From NCBI GenBank assembly GCA_038244445.1, contig JBBRTL010000001.1, positions 1-45,349 on the forward strand: a stretch of 45,349 nt of DNA, in the 5' to 3' direction. Of this stretch, positions 34,002 to 42,942 are shown piece after piece (the first letter of the stretch is position 1; every line of letters begins with the position of its first letter). This DNA comes from Vulcanimicrobiales bacterium. Lineage in GTDB: Bacteria > Vulcanimicrobiota > Vulcanimicrobiia > Vulcanimicrobiales > Vulcanimicrobiaceae. The position numbers were made by a program, and so were the translations under genes. A model generated the notes under the pieces. The model was not told the origin of the DNA, did not search any database, and saw only the letters and a program-made list of their open reading frames with translations.

Positions 34002-35438
34002 ATGCTCCCGGATGGCGATGCCTGTTATCGCGCTCTGCGTACCCACGATGCCCGCTTTGACGGGCGGTTCTTTGTGGCCGTCACCTCGACGCGGATCTAT
34101 TGCCGGCCGATCTGCACGGCCAAGCCGGTCAAGCGCGAGAATTGTCGCTTCTATGCGACGGCGGCCGAGGCCGAGGCGGCCCGCTATCGTCCGTGCCTGC
34201 GCTGTCGGCCGGAGCTTGCGCCAGGAAACGCAAGTGTCGACGCGAGCGCGCGCCTCGCGCACGCCGCGGCCATCGCGATCGAGAACGATACGTATGGCGA
34301 CGGCGGCTTCGAGGAGATCGCGCGCCGGCTCGGCGTGACGGACCGGCATCTTCGTCGCGTCTTCGGAGCGGAGTTCGGCGTATCGCCGGTCGCCTTCGCG
34401 CAAACGCAGCGCTTGCTCCTTGCGAAGCGGCTGCTCACCGATACGGCCATGAGCGTGACCGAAGTGGCGTATGCGAGCGGCTTCTCGTCGCTGCGGCGCT
34501 TCAATGCGCTCTTCGTGGAGCGCTACCGCTTGCGTCCGCTCGAGTTGCGCAAGCGACGAGTGGCCGAGCCGCGTGGCGGCGCGGACGCGATCGAACTGAA
34601 CATCGCGGTCCGCCCGCCGTACTCGTGGGAGACACTCGCGGGGTTCCTTGCATCGCGGACGATCGACGGCGTCGAAGAGATCGACGAACGCTCGTATCGG
34701 CGCACGGTGCGGATCCAACGCGGCGAACGGACGTACGCCGGCTGGATCGAGATCGCGCCGGTCAAGAACAAGCACGCGCTGCGGTTGCGCATCTCCGGCT
34801 CGCTCACCGGCGTATTGCCGGCCGTCCTCGGGAAGGCCAAGCATTTGACGGACGCATCGGCCGACCCGATCGCGATCGCGACGACGCTCGGAAAGCTCGC
34901 GAAGAACGAGCCGGGCCTTCGCGTGCCCGGAGCGTTCGACGGGTTCGAAGTCGCGGTCCGCGCCGTCCTCGGCCAGCAGATCACCGTGAAAGCGGCTCGT
35001 ACGCTTGCGGCGCGGTTCGCAGCCGCGTTCGGGGCGCCGATCGAGACGCCGTTCGAAGGGCTGCGTCTGCTCTTTCCGTCGGCGCACGAGATCGCCGGCA
35101 AGACAGTCGATGAGATCGCGCGCCTCGGCATCATCGCCTCGCGCACGCGGACGATCATCGCGCTTGCCGGGGCGCTCGACACCGGTGCACTCCTGCTCCA
35201 ACCGGGCGCCGACGTAGACCTGACTCTGAAGGCGCTTCGCGCCCTTCCCGGCGTCGGTGAATGGACGGCGCAGTACATCGCGATGCGCGCGCTCGCCTGG
35301 CCGGATGCGTTCCCGCACACCGACCTCGGCGTGATGAAGGCGCTCGGCGAAAAGAACCCCAAGCGCGTCTTGGAAGCGGGCGAAGCCTGGCGTCCGTGGC
35401 GCGCCTACGCCGTGATGCATCTCTGGAGATCGCTATGA
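34002..35438 (+). CDS. alkA: bifunctional Ada-type regulator / DNA-3-methyladenine glycosylase II (Ada Zn-domain + AraC HTH + AlkA)
   Basis: 478 aa. Ada Zn site (IYCRPICTAKP...YRPCLRCRP), AraC-type HTH (VTEVAYASGFSSLRRFNALF), and HhH-GPD (VRAVLGQQITVKAART...LPGVGEWTAQYIAMRAL...FPHTDLGV). Confidence 0.9.
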   Translation: MLPDGDACYRALRTHDARFDGRFFVAVTSTRIYCRPICTAKPVKRENCRFYATAAEAEAARYRPCLRCRPELAPGNASVDASARLAHAAAIAIENDTYGDGGFEEIARRLGVTDRHLRRVFGAEFGVSPVAFAQTQRLLLAKRLLTDTAMSVTEVAYASGFSSLRRFNALFVERYRLRPLELRKRRVAEPRGGADAIELNIAVRPPYSWETLAGFLASRTIDGVEEIDERSYRRTVRIQRGERTYAGWIEIAPVKNKHALRLRISGSLTGVLPAVLGKAKHLTDASADPIAIATTLGKLAKNEPGLRVPGAFDGFEVAVRAVLGQQITVKAARTLAARFAAAFGAPIETPFEGLRLLFPSAHEIAGKTVDEIARLGIIASRTRTIIALAGALDTGALLLQPGADVDLTLKALRALPGVGEWTAQYIAMRALAWPDAFPHTDLGVMKALGEKNPKRVLEAGEAWRPWRAYAVMHLWRSL

Positions 35439-35932
35439 GCCGCGCCTATCGCTACTACGACGCCCCCACCGGGCCGTTGCTCCTCGTCGCTACCGAGGAG
35501 GCGGTCTGCGGGCTTTACTTCGCCGGCCCGCAACGCAAGCGCGAGATCGTGCCGGACGGCATTCCCGACGACGGCCGCGAGATTCTGGTCGCCTGCGCGC
35601 GCGAACTCGACGAGTACTTCGCCGGTGCGCGCACGGTCTTCGATGTGCCGGTAAAACTCGAGGGTACGCCGTTCCAACTGACAGTCTGGAACGAACTGGC
35701 CAAGGTCGGGTACGGCGTGACCATGTCGTACGGCGAGTTGGCGCGCCGCGCCGGCCTTCCGAAAGAGGCCGTCCGCGCGGTCGGCTCGGCCAACGGCAGC
35801 AACCCCGTCTCGATCATCATCCCGTGTCACCGCATCATCGGTGCCGACGGCAGCCTGACCGGTTACGGCGGCGGCCTCGAGAACAAGCGCATGCTGCTTG
35901 CCCTAGAATCGCCCGAGCGACCACTGCTATAG
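35435..35932 (+). CDS. ogt: methylated-DNA--protein-cysteine methyltransferase
   Basis: 165 aa. ...TPFQLTVWNEL...SYGELA...VGSANGSNPVSIIIPCHRIIGADGSLTGYGGG.... The ATG overlaps the alkA stop (ATGA). Confidence 0.93.
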   Translation: MSRAYRYYDAPTGPLLLVATEEAVCGLYFAGPQRKREIVPDGIPDDGREILVACARELDEYFAGARTVFDVPVKLEGTPFQLTVWNELAKVGYGVTMSYGELARRAGLPKEAVRAVGSANGSNPVSIIIPCHRIIGADGSLTGYGGGLENKRMLLALESPERPLL

Positions 35933-35964
35933 GGAATAGCCCTCGCGCCGCTAAGCCATATCGC

Positions 35965-38088
35965 ATGAAGCGTTTGGTTGTTGCGTGTGCCGTAATTGCG
36001 GCACTTCTCGGTCCGTGCGTGGCGGTCGCCGCAAGCACAATCGTCTACCCGGCCGCCCCCAAGGGCGACGTGACGGACACCTATTTCGGGACAGTCGTTC
36101 CGGACCCGTACCGCTGGCTTGAGACGTACTCGCCGCAAACGATCGCCTGGATCAAGGACGAAGGCGCGCTGACGCGTTCCTACCTCGACGCGATCCCGCA
36201 GCGCGCCGCGATCGCTACGCACTTACGCAAGCTCGCGAACTACGAGAAGATCGGCGCACCGTCGCACGTCGGCAATCAATACTTCTACTACTACAACTCC
36301 GGCCTGCAGAACCAGGCCGTGCTCTACACCATGACCGGTCCGCACGGCAAAGCGCACATCTTGCTCGACCCGAACGCGTTCAGCTCCGACGGTACGGTCG
36401 CGCTCGGTTCGACCGCGACCACCGACGATGCGAAGTACATGGCGTATTCCACCCAAGCCTCGGGTTCCGATTGGCAGACCTGGCACGTGCGCAAGGTTGC
36501 GACCGGCAAGGACCTCGCCGACACGCTCGTCTGGAGCAAATTCTCCGGCGCCTCGTGGTTGCCCGACGATAGCGGCTTCTACTACGACCGCTACCCCGCA
36601 CCGAAAGCCGGTGGCACGTTCAAGGCCGCACTCACCGGGCAGACCATCTACTTCCACAAGCTCGGCACGCCGCAGTCGGCGGACACGCTCTTCTACAAGA
36701 GCGCGCATCCGGAAGATTACGTCGGCGCGTTCGTCACGCTCGACGGACGTTACGTCGTCATCAGCGTGAGTGGCGGTACGACGATCAACAGCGACGTCTA
36801 CTACGTCGACCGCAAAGAAAAGGGCCGGCCGGTCCACGCGCTCTTCGCCAAGCGCGACGCGCAGTACGGCTACGTCGATAACGTCGGCACCCGCTTCATC
36901 TTCACGACCACGCGCAAGGCGCCGAACACGAAGGTCATCGCCGTCGATCTCCGGAGCCCGAGCGTCCTCGCGACGATCGTCCCGCAGGCGAAGCAGGCGC
37001 TTCAGAGCGTATCGACGGCCGGACACCGGCTCTTCGCGCAGTACCTGACCGACGCGCACTCAGCGGTGAAGATTTACGATTATAACGGACGCTTCATCCG
37101 CGACGTGGCGTTGCCGGGACTCGGCACGGCCGGTGGCTTCGACGGTTGGCCGAACGACCGCTCGGTCTACTACTCGTATGCCGGCTATACCTCGCCGCCG
37201 GTCACGTACGCCTACGACATCGCCTCCGGGAACAGCAGCGTCTATCGCAAGCCGAAGATCGCGTTCGACGCGCCGCTCTACACGACCAAAGAGATCTTCT
37301 ACACGAGCAAGGACGGGACGCGCGTCCCGATGATGATCTCATATAGAAAGGGTCTCAAGCTCGACGGGACCAACCCGACCATCCTGTACGGCTACGGCGG
37401 CTTCGATGTCCCGATCACGCCGCATTTCTCGACCACGATCGCGACCTGGCTCGCCATGGGCGGCGTCTATGCAGTCGCAAACATCCGCGGTGGTTCCGAG
37501 TATGGCGAGGCCTGGCATCGGGGCGGCATGCTCGCGAACAAGCAGAACGTCTTCGACGATTTCATCGCGGCGGCCGAATATCTGATCGCCAAGAAGTACA
37601 CCTCGACGCCGAAGCTCGCGATCAACGGCGGATCGAACGGCGGCCTGTTGATGGGTGCGGTCGAGAACCAGCGCCCGGATCTCTTCGGCGCGGTCGTTGC
37701 TCAGGTAGGCGTGATGGATATGCTCCGGTTCGACAAGTTCACGGTCGGCCACGGCTGGGTCTCCGACTACGGCTGCTCCACCTGTAGCGCGGCGCAGTTC
37801 AAGACGCTCTATGCCTACTCGCCGCTCCACAACGTCAGACCCGTCGCGTATCCGCCGACGTTGGTGATGACGGCGGATCACGACGACCGTGTCTTCCCGG
37901 CGCACTCGTTCAAGTACACCGCGGCCATGCAGGCGGCCCAGACCGGCGCCGCGCCGATCCTGCTCCGCGTCGAGACCAAGTCCGGCCACGGCGGCGGCGC
38001 TCCGATCGCGATGACCATCAACGAGTGGGCCGACGTCTACGCGTTCCTGGTCAAGAACCTAAACGTCACGGTTCCGAAGAACTTCTAA
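35965..38088 (+). CDS. exported prolyl oligopeptidase (S9A family)
   Basis: 707 aa from ATG 35965. Signal peptide MKRLVVACAVIAALLGPCVAVAA, DPYRWLE, catalytic Ser GGSNGGLL, DHDDRV, and SGHGGG. Confidence 0.93.
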   Translation: MKRLVVACAVIAALLGPCVAVAASTIVYPAAPKGDVTDTYFGTVVPDPYRWLETYSPQTIAWIKDEGALTRSYLDAIPQRAAIATHLRKLANYEKIGAPSHVGNQYFYYYNSGLQNQAVLYTMTGPHGKAHILLDPNAFSSDGTVALGSTATTDDAKYMAYSTQASGSDWQTWHVRKVATGKDLADTLVWSKFSGASWLPDDSGFYYDRYPAPKAGGTFKAALTGQTIYFHKLGTPQSADTLFYKSAHPEDYVGAFVTLDGRYVVISVSGGTTINSDVYYVDRKEKGRPVHALFAKRDAQYGYVDNVGTRFIFTTTRKAPNTKVIAVDLRSPSVLATIVPQAKQALQSVSTAGHRLFAQYLTDAHSAVKIYDYNGRFIRDVALPGLGTAGGFDGWPNDRSVYYSYAGYTSPPVTYAYDIASGNSSVYRKPKIAFDAPLYTTKEIFYTSKDGTRVPMMISYRKGLKLDGTNPTILYGYGGFDVPITPHFSTTIATWLAMGGVYAVANIRGGSEYGEAWHRGGMLANKQNVFDDFIAAAEYLIAKKYTSTPKLAINGGSNGGLLMGAVENQRPDLFGAVVAQVGVMDMLRFDKFTVGHGWVSDYGCSTCSAAQFKTLYAYSPLHNVRPVAYPPTLVMTADHDDRVFPAHSFKYTAAMQAAQTGAAPILLRVETKSGHGGGAPIAMTINEWADVYAFLVKNLNVTVPKNF

Positions 38089-38456
38089 CCGGCGTTCAGC
38101 TTGGCGGCGGCTCGGACGAGGGCTTTGAAGGCCGGCTCGTCGAGCTTGTCACCTTCGAAGAGGTCGATCGCGCGGCGCACGTTCCCGTCGAGACTGGCGT
38201 TGAAAAGGCGCTTGGGGTCTTTGAGCGATGCGCCCTTGTGGAAAGTGACCTTGACCTGCATCTTGTACGATTCGCCCGTACAGATCAGTCCGTTCTCGTA
38301 CCAGCACGGGACGCCGCGCCACTTCCACTCTTCGGTCACGTCGGGGAGCGTCTCTTTGATCAGCTTGCGGATGCGGGCGAGCATCTCGCCGCGCCAGTCG
38401 CCGAGTTCGCCGATCCTGGCCGTGATGAGTTGCGAAGGGGTTGCGGCCTTGCTCAC
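38085..38456 (-). CDS. DUF1801 (YdhG-like) domain protein
   Basis: 123 aa, GTG start. ...WRGEMLARIRKLIKETLPDVTEEWKWRGVPCWYENGLICTGESYKMQVKVTFHKGASL.... Confidence 0.75.
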   Translation of the reverse strand: MSKAATPSQLITARIGELGDWRGEMLARIRKLIKETLPDVTEEWKWRGVPCWYENGLICTGESYKMQVKVTFHKGASLKDPKRLFNASLDGNVRRAIDLFEGDKLDEPAFKALVRAAAKLNAG

Positions 38457-38591
38457 GCTAGCGCCTTCGGTGGCTGGCGCAGTGCGTAGGACTCGCCTCC
38501 GGTGAGCTCGCGGAAGAATTGCTTGGCCGCGGTCATGTCCACAGCCGGGGAGAAGATCATGGAAACGTCTTTCAAGATCGGGACTCCTCTG

Positions 38592-39002
38592 TTAGAGGTC
38601 GATGCTGTAGAAGATCTCGGGATCGCCGGGATCGAGGTCCAAGTCGCCGCGGCGGACATAGCCTCGTTTACCCAGGAGCGCATGCATCGCGGTGTTCGTC
38701 TCATTCGTCGACGTATAGAGCCGCGAACCGCGCGCGTCGTTTTCGACGTGCGCGAAGAGCAGCTCCGCCAGGCCCTGGCGACGTGCGTGCGGAGCGACCG
38801 CGATCAGCCACACAAACGGCCGGTCGAAGAACTCGCGGTTCCAGACGACGAACGCGATCGGTCCGGCCCCCTCGTCGATCACCGCGACTTCGTTATTGAG
38901 CGTCGCCGCCCGGAGAAACGCGGACTTCTCCCAGGGCGTATCTGCGAGGATCGCGATCATGTCCGGCACGTCGGACGGCGTCGCGACGCGGATGCCGGTC
39001 AC
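38592..39002 (-). CDS. GNAT-family N-acetyltransferase
   Basis: 136 aa, GTG start. ...VWLIAVAPHARRQGLAELLF... (acetyl-CoA binding Q/RxxGxA motif). It begins 1 nt after the LOG stop. Confidence 0.8.
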   Translation of the reverse strand: MTGIRVATPSDVPDMIAILADTPWEKSAFLRAATLNNEVAVIDEGAGPIAFVVWNREFFDRPFVWLIAVAPHARRQGLAELLFAHVENDARGSRLYTSTNETNTAMHALLGKRGYVRRGDLDLDPGDPEIFYSIDL

Positions 39003-39003
39003 G

Positions 39004-39537
39004 TTAGCGCATGCTCGCGAGCAGCGCGTCGATGGTCGGGGCGGTCGCGATCAGCGCGCGGGTGCGCGCGAGCACCATGCCGTCCTCGAGCATCGCGTCG
39101 AAGAGCGCGATCAACCGGTCGTAGTAGCCTTCGTGGTTGAGCAGGCCGATCGGCTTGTCATGGATCTCGAGTTGGCGCCAGGTGACGATCTCGAAGAACT
39201 CGTCCATCGTACCGAAGCCGCCGGGCAGCGCGATGAACCCGTCGCTCAGGTCGGCCATCAAAGATTTGCGTTCGTGCATCGTCTGCACGACGTGGAGCTG
39301 CGTGACGCCGCGGTGCGCTATCTCGGCGGTCGCGAGCGAAGAGGGGATCACGCCGATCACCTCGCCACCTGCGGCCAGGGCCGCATTGGCAAGCACGCCC
39401 ATCATCCCGACTTGGCCGCCGCCGAACACGATGCCGATGCCGCGCTCGGCGAGCGTCGTTCCGACTTGGGCCGCGAGCGGCAGATAGGCGTCGTTGCGGC
39501 CGCCGCGTGCACCACAAAAGACGGCGATGCGCTTCAT
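39004..39537 (-). CDS. LOG-family (TIGR00730) nucleotide phosphoribohydrolase
   Basis: 177 aa from ATG 39537. MKRIAVFCGA...GIVFGGGQVGMMG...GFIALPGGFGTMDEFFE.... The ATG overlaps the upstream stop (ATGA). Confidence 0.9.
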   Translation of the reverse strand: MKRIAVFCGARGGRNDAYLPLAAQVGTTLAERGIGIVFGGGQVGMMGVLANAALAAGGEVIGVIPSSLATAEIAHRGVTQLHVVQTMHERKSLMADLSDGFIALPGGFGTMDEFFEIVTWRQLEIHDKPIGLLNHEGYYDRLIALFDAMLEDGMVLARTRALIATAPTIDALLASMR

Positions 39538-40124
39538 CGCGGGATCAGGCTCGAGAGGCGTTCGGAAGGTGGAAACATGTAGGCGCGATACGCTGGCTCG
39601 GGGCGTTTGGCCTCCGCCACGATCCGGCGCTTGGCCGTCATCTCGACGACCCTCGCGCGCATGCCGATGATATAGTCCGCGACGCCCGGCGTGATCGGCT
39701 CGAAGCCTCCTTCCGGACGGTACTTCTCCAGCAGCTCGTACTGCTGCCGCTCGATCGCCGCACCGTCGCGTTCGATCTCGACCACGCACCGCGCGACCAC
39801 GCTTTCGAACTCGAAGCTGGTGTTCTCGGCCTCGGGCGCTTTCAGGAACGAGATCGCCTCGTCGACGACGACGCAGATATGCGGATCGCGTTCGACCGCG
39901 CGCGCGAAGTGCCCGAACCGGCTGGTATGCAACAAGAACGCATCGCCGTGCTCGGCGTCGAGCACGAAGCGGAAACTGGTCGGCACGACGTACGGAAACG
40001 GGTCGCCGTTGAGCGCGACGCGGCAGACGACCCGGTCGTCGAGGAACGCGCGGATCGCGTCGAAGTCGTCCCAGGAGCGCTCGCTACGGCGCAGGTCGCG
40101 GCTGAAGTAGTGCGGTAGGTCCAT
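39534..40124 (-). CDS. pyridoxamine 5'-phosphate oxidase-like FMN-binding split-barrel protein
   Basis: 196 aa from ATG 40124. ...RRSERSWDDFDAIRAFLDDRVVCRVALNGDPFPYVVPTSFRF... is typical of the Pyridox_ox_2-type family. Confidence 0.78.
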   Translation of the reverse strand: MDLPHYFSRDLRRSERSWDDFDAIRAFLDDRVVCRVALNGDPFPYVVPTSFRFVLDAEHGDAFLLHTSRFGHFARAVERDPHICVVVDEAISFLKAPEAENTSFEFESVVARCVVEIERDGAAIERQQYELLEKYRPEGGFEPITPGVADYIIGMRARVVEMTAKRRIVAEAKRPEPAYRAYMFPPSERLSSLIPR

Positions 40125-40163
40125 ACCCGGCAGTATAGACGATAGGAACAAGAGCGATACCCG

Positions 40164-40496
40164 ATGCCCGACGATAATCGACGACTGGTCTATTCGAGCG
40201 ACGCCGGCATGCTGGCCGCTCCGACGCGCGACCGGCCCCAGCAGAAACAGACGAACGCGACCCCCGATGACGGCATCGTGCGGGTTGCGCGCTCGCCCCG
40301 GCGCGGCGGGGTCTCGAGCGTCGTGACCGGTCTTGCCGAGAAAGAGATCGCCGAGATCGCGAAGCAACTCAAGCGCCTGTGCGGCTCGGGCGGCACGGCC
40401 AAGAACGGCGCCGTCGAGATCCAGGGCGACCATCGCGACACGATCGTCGCGTGGTTCGAAGGGCAAGGCCGAAAGGCCAAGAAGGCGGGCGGCTAA
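40164..40496 (+). CDS. yciH: SUI1/YciH-family translation initiation factor
   Basis: 110 aa. ...GIVRVARSPRRGGVSSVVTGL...EIAKQLKRLCGSGGTAKNGAVEIQGDHRDTIVAWF.... Confidence 0.9.
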   Translation: MPDDNRRLVYSSDAGMLAAPTRDRPQQKQTNATPDDGIVRVARSPRRGGVSSVVTGLAEKEIAEIAKQLKRLCGSGGTAKNGAVEIQGDHRDTIVAWFEGQGRKAKKAGG

Positions 40497-40509
40497 TACT
40501 GCGTCGCGG

Positions 40510-41883
40510 TTATGCCGTGACCAGCGCCTGATCGCCGATGCCGGCGTTGCGAAGAGCCTCGTGGATCATCTGATCTTGGATCTCGCGGACGGCCCAGCGT
40601 GCCTGGGCGTCGGCCGCGAGCCTATCGATCGGGTCGAAGTACAGGAACGCCTTGCCCGGCTTGACGCTCGGCGCGGCGTAGACCGCGATTCCGTTCGCGC
40701 GATCGTAGTACTCGTACGAGTGGACGTCGCGCTTCCCGCCGCCGCCGGGCGCGTCGCACACGAACGTCGGCGTGTTGAAGCCGGCCGTGCTGCCGCGCAC
40801 GAACTTCTCGATGTCGGTCGCGGTCTGGATGGTGGTGCGCAGCTCTTCGACGCCCTTGACCATGTCGTGCATGTAGACGTAGTAGGCGTGGACGTTCATC
40901 ATGCCCAGACGCTTGACGAGCAACTGCATCCGCTCGGCCGTATCGTTGACGCCGCGGATGAGCACCGACTGGTTGCGCACGAAGATGCCGCGTTCGAAGA
41001 GCATCCGCATGGCGCGTTGGGTGATGCCCGTGATCTCTTCGGGGGCGTTGAAATGGGTGTGGAGAACGACGTCTTTGCCGAGCTTGCGGCCGCGATCGAC
41101 GACCTGCGTTATCGCATCCAGCCACTTGGTGTCGGTGATGATCTTCATCGGCATGATGGCCGGGCCTTTGGTCGCGAAGCGCATCCGGCGCACGTGCGGG
41201 ATGTCGAGCAGGGCGTTCCCGATCAGTTCGATGTTCTTGGGCGGCAGTTGATACGTGTCGCCGCCCGAGATCACGATGTCCTCGAGTTCGGGACGCTCGG
41301 AGATGTACTGAAACGCCTCTTGCCACTGGGCCGGCGTCTTCGCGAGCGAGACCTTGTCGACGTTCTCGGTGTCCGGGCCGATCGCGTACGAACGCGTGCA
41401 GAAGCGGCAGTAGACGGGGCAGACGTTGATCGGGAGGAAGAGCGCCTTGTCGACGTAGCGATGGACGAGGCCGGGCACCGGGCTGTCGTCCTGTTCGTGG
41501 AGCGAGTCGAGCGTCAGACGCGGATGATCCGGGAGCAGTGCGGAGGCGACCGGCACGAACTGACGGCGGATCGGGTCGTTGACGGGGTCGTTCCAGTCGA
41601 TCAACGAGATCGCATACGGCGAAACGCGGACGGCCATCGGCGCGCGCGCGAAGCCCTCGGCGACGTCGGCGAAGAACTCGGGCGAGCAGAGATCCTTGAT
41701 CGTCTCGAGCAGTTCTTCCGGCGTCTTGACGGAGTTCTTCTGTTGCCAGAGATGATCCATGAAGGTCGCGTCGTCGACGTCTTTGTAGGCCGGGACGTGA
41801 CGCCAGAACTCGCCTTCCTTGAGGTTCCGGTATTCCAGCACGTCGTCGTCGACGGCCGGTTTCTTGTGCGCGATGTCGGACAT
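40510..41883 (-). CDS. kamA: lysine 2,3-aminomutase (radical SAM, PLP)
   Basis: 457 aa. CPVYCRFCTR cluster motif, ISGGDTYQL, VRNQSVLIRGVND, and YYVYMHDMVKGVEELR. Confidence 0.93.
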   Translation of the reverse strand: MSDIAHKKPAVDDDVLEYRNLKEGEFWRHVPAYKDVDDATFMDHLWQQKNSVKTPEELLETIKDLCSPEFFADVAEGFARAPMAVRVSPYAISLIDWNDPVNDPIRRQFVPVASALLPDHPRLTLDSLHEQDDSPVPGLVHRYVDKALFLPINVCPVYCRFCTRSYAIGPDTENVDKVSLAKTPAQWQEAFQYISERPELEDIVISGGDTYQLPPKNIELIGNALLDIPHVRRMRFATKGPAIMPMKIITDTKWLDAITQVVDRGRKLGKDVVLHTHFNAPEEITGITQRAMRMLFERGIFVRNQSVLIRGVNDTAERMQLLVKRLGMMNVHAYYVYMHDMVKGVEELRTTIQTATDIEKFVRGSTAGFNTPTFVCDAPGGGGKRDVHSYEYYDRANGIAVYAAPSVKPGKAFLYFDPIDRLAADAQARWAVREIQDQMIHEALRNAGIGDQALVTA

Positions 41884-41886
41884 GGT

Positions 41887-42942
41887 CTAGGCTCCCTGAT
41901 ATTTTGCGTTGAAGTAAGCGTGGATCGCTGGGTTCTCGCGCAACGTCTGCAGCGCGGTGTCGGCGTGGCCTTTGCAGTAGCCGTTGCCGACGATCATGGT
42001 GACGTCCTTACCGACGCCCTCGGCGCCGAGCGCGGCGGCCGTAAACGAGGTCGACATCGAGAAGAAGTAGACGATGCCGTCGTCCTTCGCGCACAGGATC
42101 GAAGCGAGTTCGGTACCCGGCACGTTGACACAGTTGATGACGACGTCGGCCAGTTCCGGCACTCGTGCTTCGACGGCGGTGCTCGTGCCGAGCGCATCGC
42201 GCGCGTCGGCGCAGATCAGCGCGTCGACCAAGCCGGCGTCGCGGAGCAGTTTCGCGGAGGGCGTCTCCAGATTCGGTGCGATGCCGATCACGCGACCGCT
42301 CGGACCGACGCGCGCTTTGGCCTGCGCGCACGAGAGCAGGCCGCTCTTGCCGTCGGCCCCGATCACGACGACCGTCTGGCCGGACTTGACCATGCGTTTG
42401 ACCTGGGCGGGCGCCCCTGCGACGTCGAGCACGGCGAGCGCGACGTTCTCGTCGATGTCGGCCGGGAGCTTCGCCCAGAGGCCGCTCTCGAACAGGATCG
42501 CTTTGGCTTTGACCCAGATACGGCCGGTCGTGACGTCGACGCGCTCGATCGATTCGAGATGCAACGGCGTGAGCGTCAGCGAGACGAGCGAGGCGATCCG
42601 ATCGCCCGGGACGATGTCGACGCCGACCAGTGCGCGCCCGACGTCGAGCACGCGACCGATGAACATGCCGCCCGAGCCGGTGACCGGATTGTGCTGCTTG
42701 CCGCGTTCGCGCACGATGCGCTCGATGTGCGCGGCGATCTTCCGTGCGTCGCCGCCTTCGGCGTCGGCGATCTGTTTGAACGAGGCCGAATCGATGTTGA
42801 GGGTCTCGACCTCGCACAGGATCTCGTTCTCACAAGCGACCGGCGTGCAGTCGATCTTCCAGGCGCTCTGCGGCATCGCGCCGGCGGGTTCGATCACGCG
42901 GTGGGTGCCGAGCGCGTGCGGGCGTTGGAAGGTCACGTTCAC
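41887..42942 (-). CDS. kdd: L-erythro-3,5-diaminohexanoate dehydrogenase
   Basis: 351 aa from GTG 42942 (GTGA overlap with the lrp stop). GTHRVIEPAGAMPQSAWKID...NEILCEVETLNIDSASFKQI...GKQHNPVTGSGGMFIG... matches Kdd as remembered from Fusobacterium/Clostridium lysine fermentation. Confidence 0.88.
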   Translation of the reverse strand: MNVTFQRPHALGTHRVIEPAGAMPQSAWKIDCTPVACENEILCEVETLNIDSASFKQIADAEGGDARKIAAHIERIVRERGKQHNPVTGSGGMFIGRVLDVGRALVGVDIVPGDRIASLVSLTLTPLHLESIERVDVTTGRIWVKAKAILFESGLWAKLPADIDENVALAVLDVAGAPAQVKRMVKSGQTVVVIGADGKSGLLSCAQAKARVGPSGRVIGIAPNLETPSAKLLRDAGLVDALICADARDALGTSTAVEARVPELADVVINCVNVPGTELASILCAKDDGIVYFFSMSTSFTAAALGAEGVGKDVTMIVGNGYCKGHADTALQTLRENPAIHAYFNAKYQGA

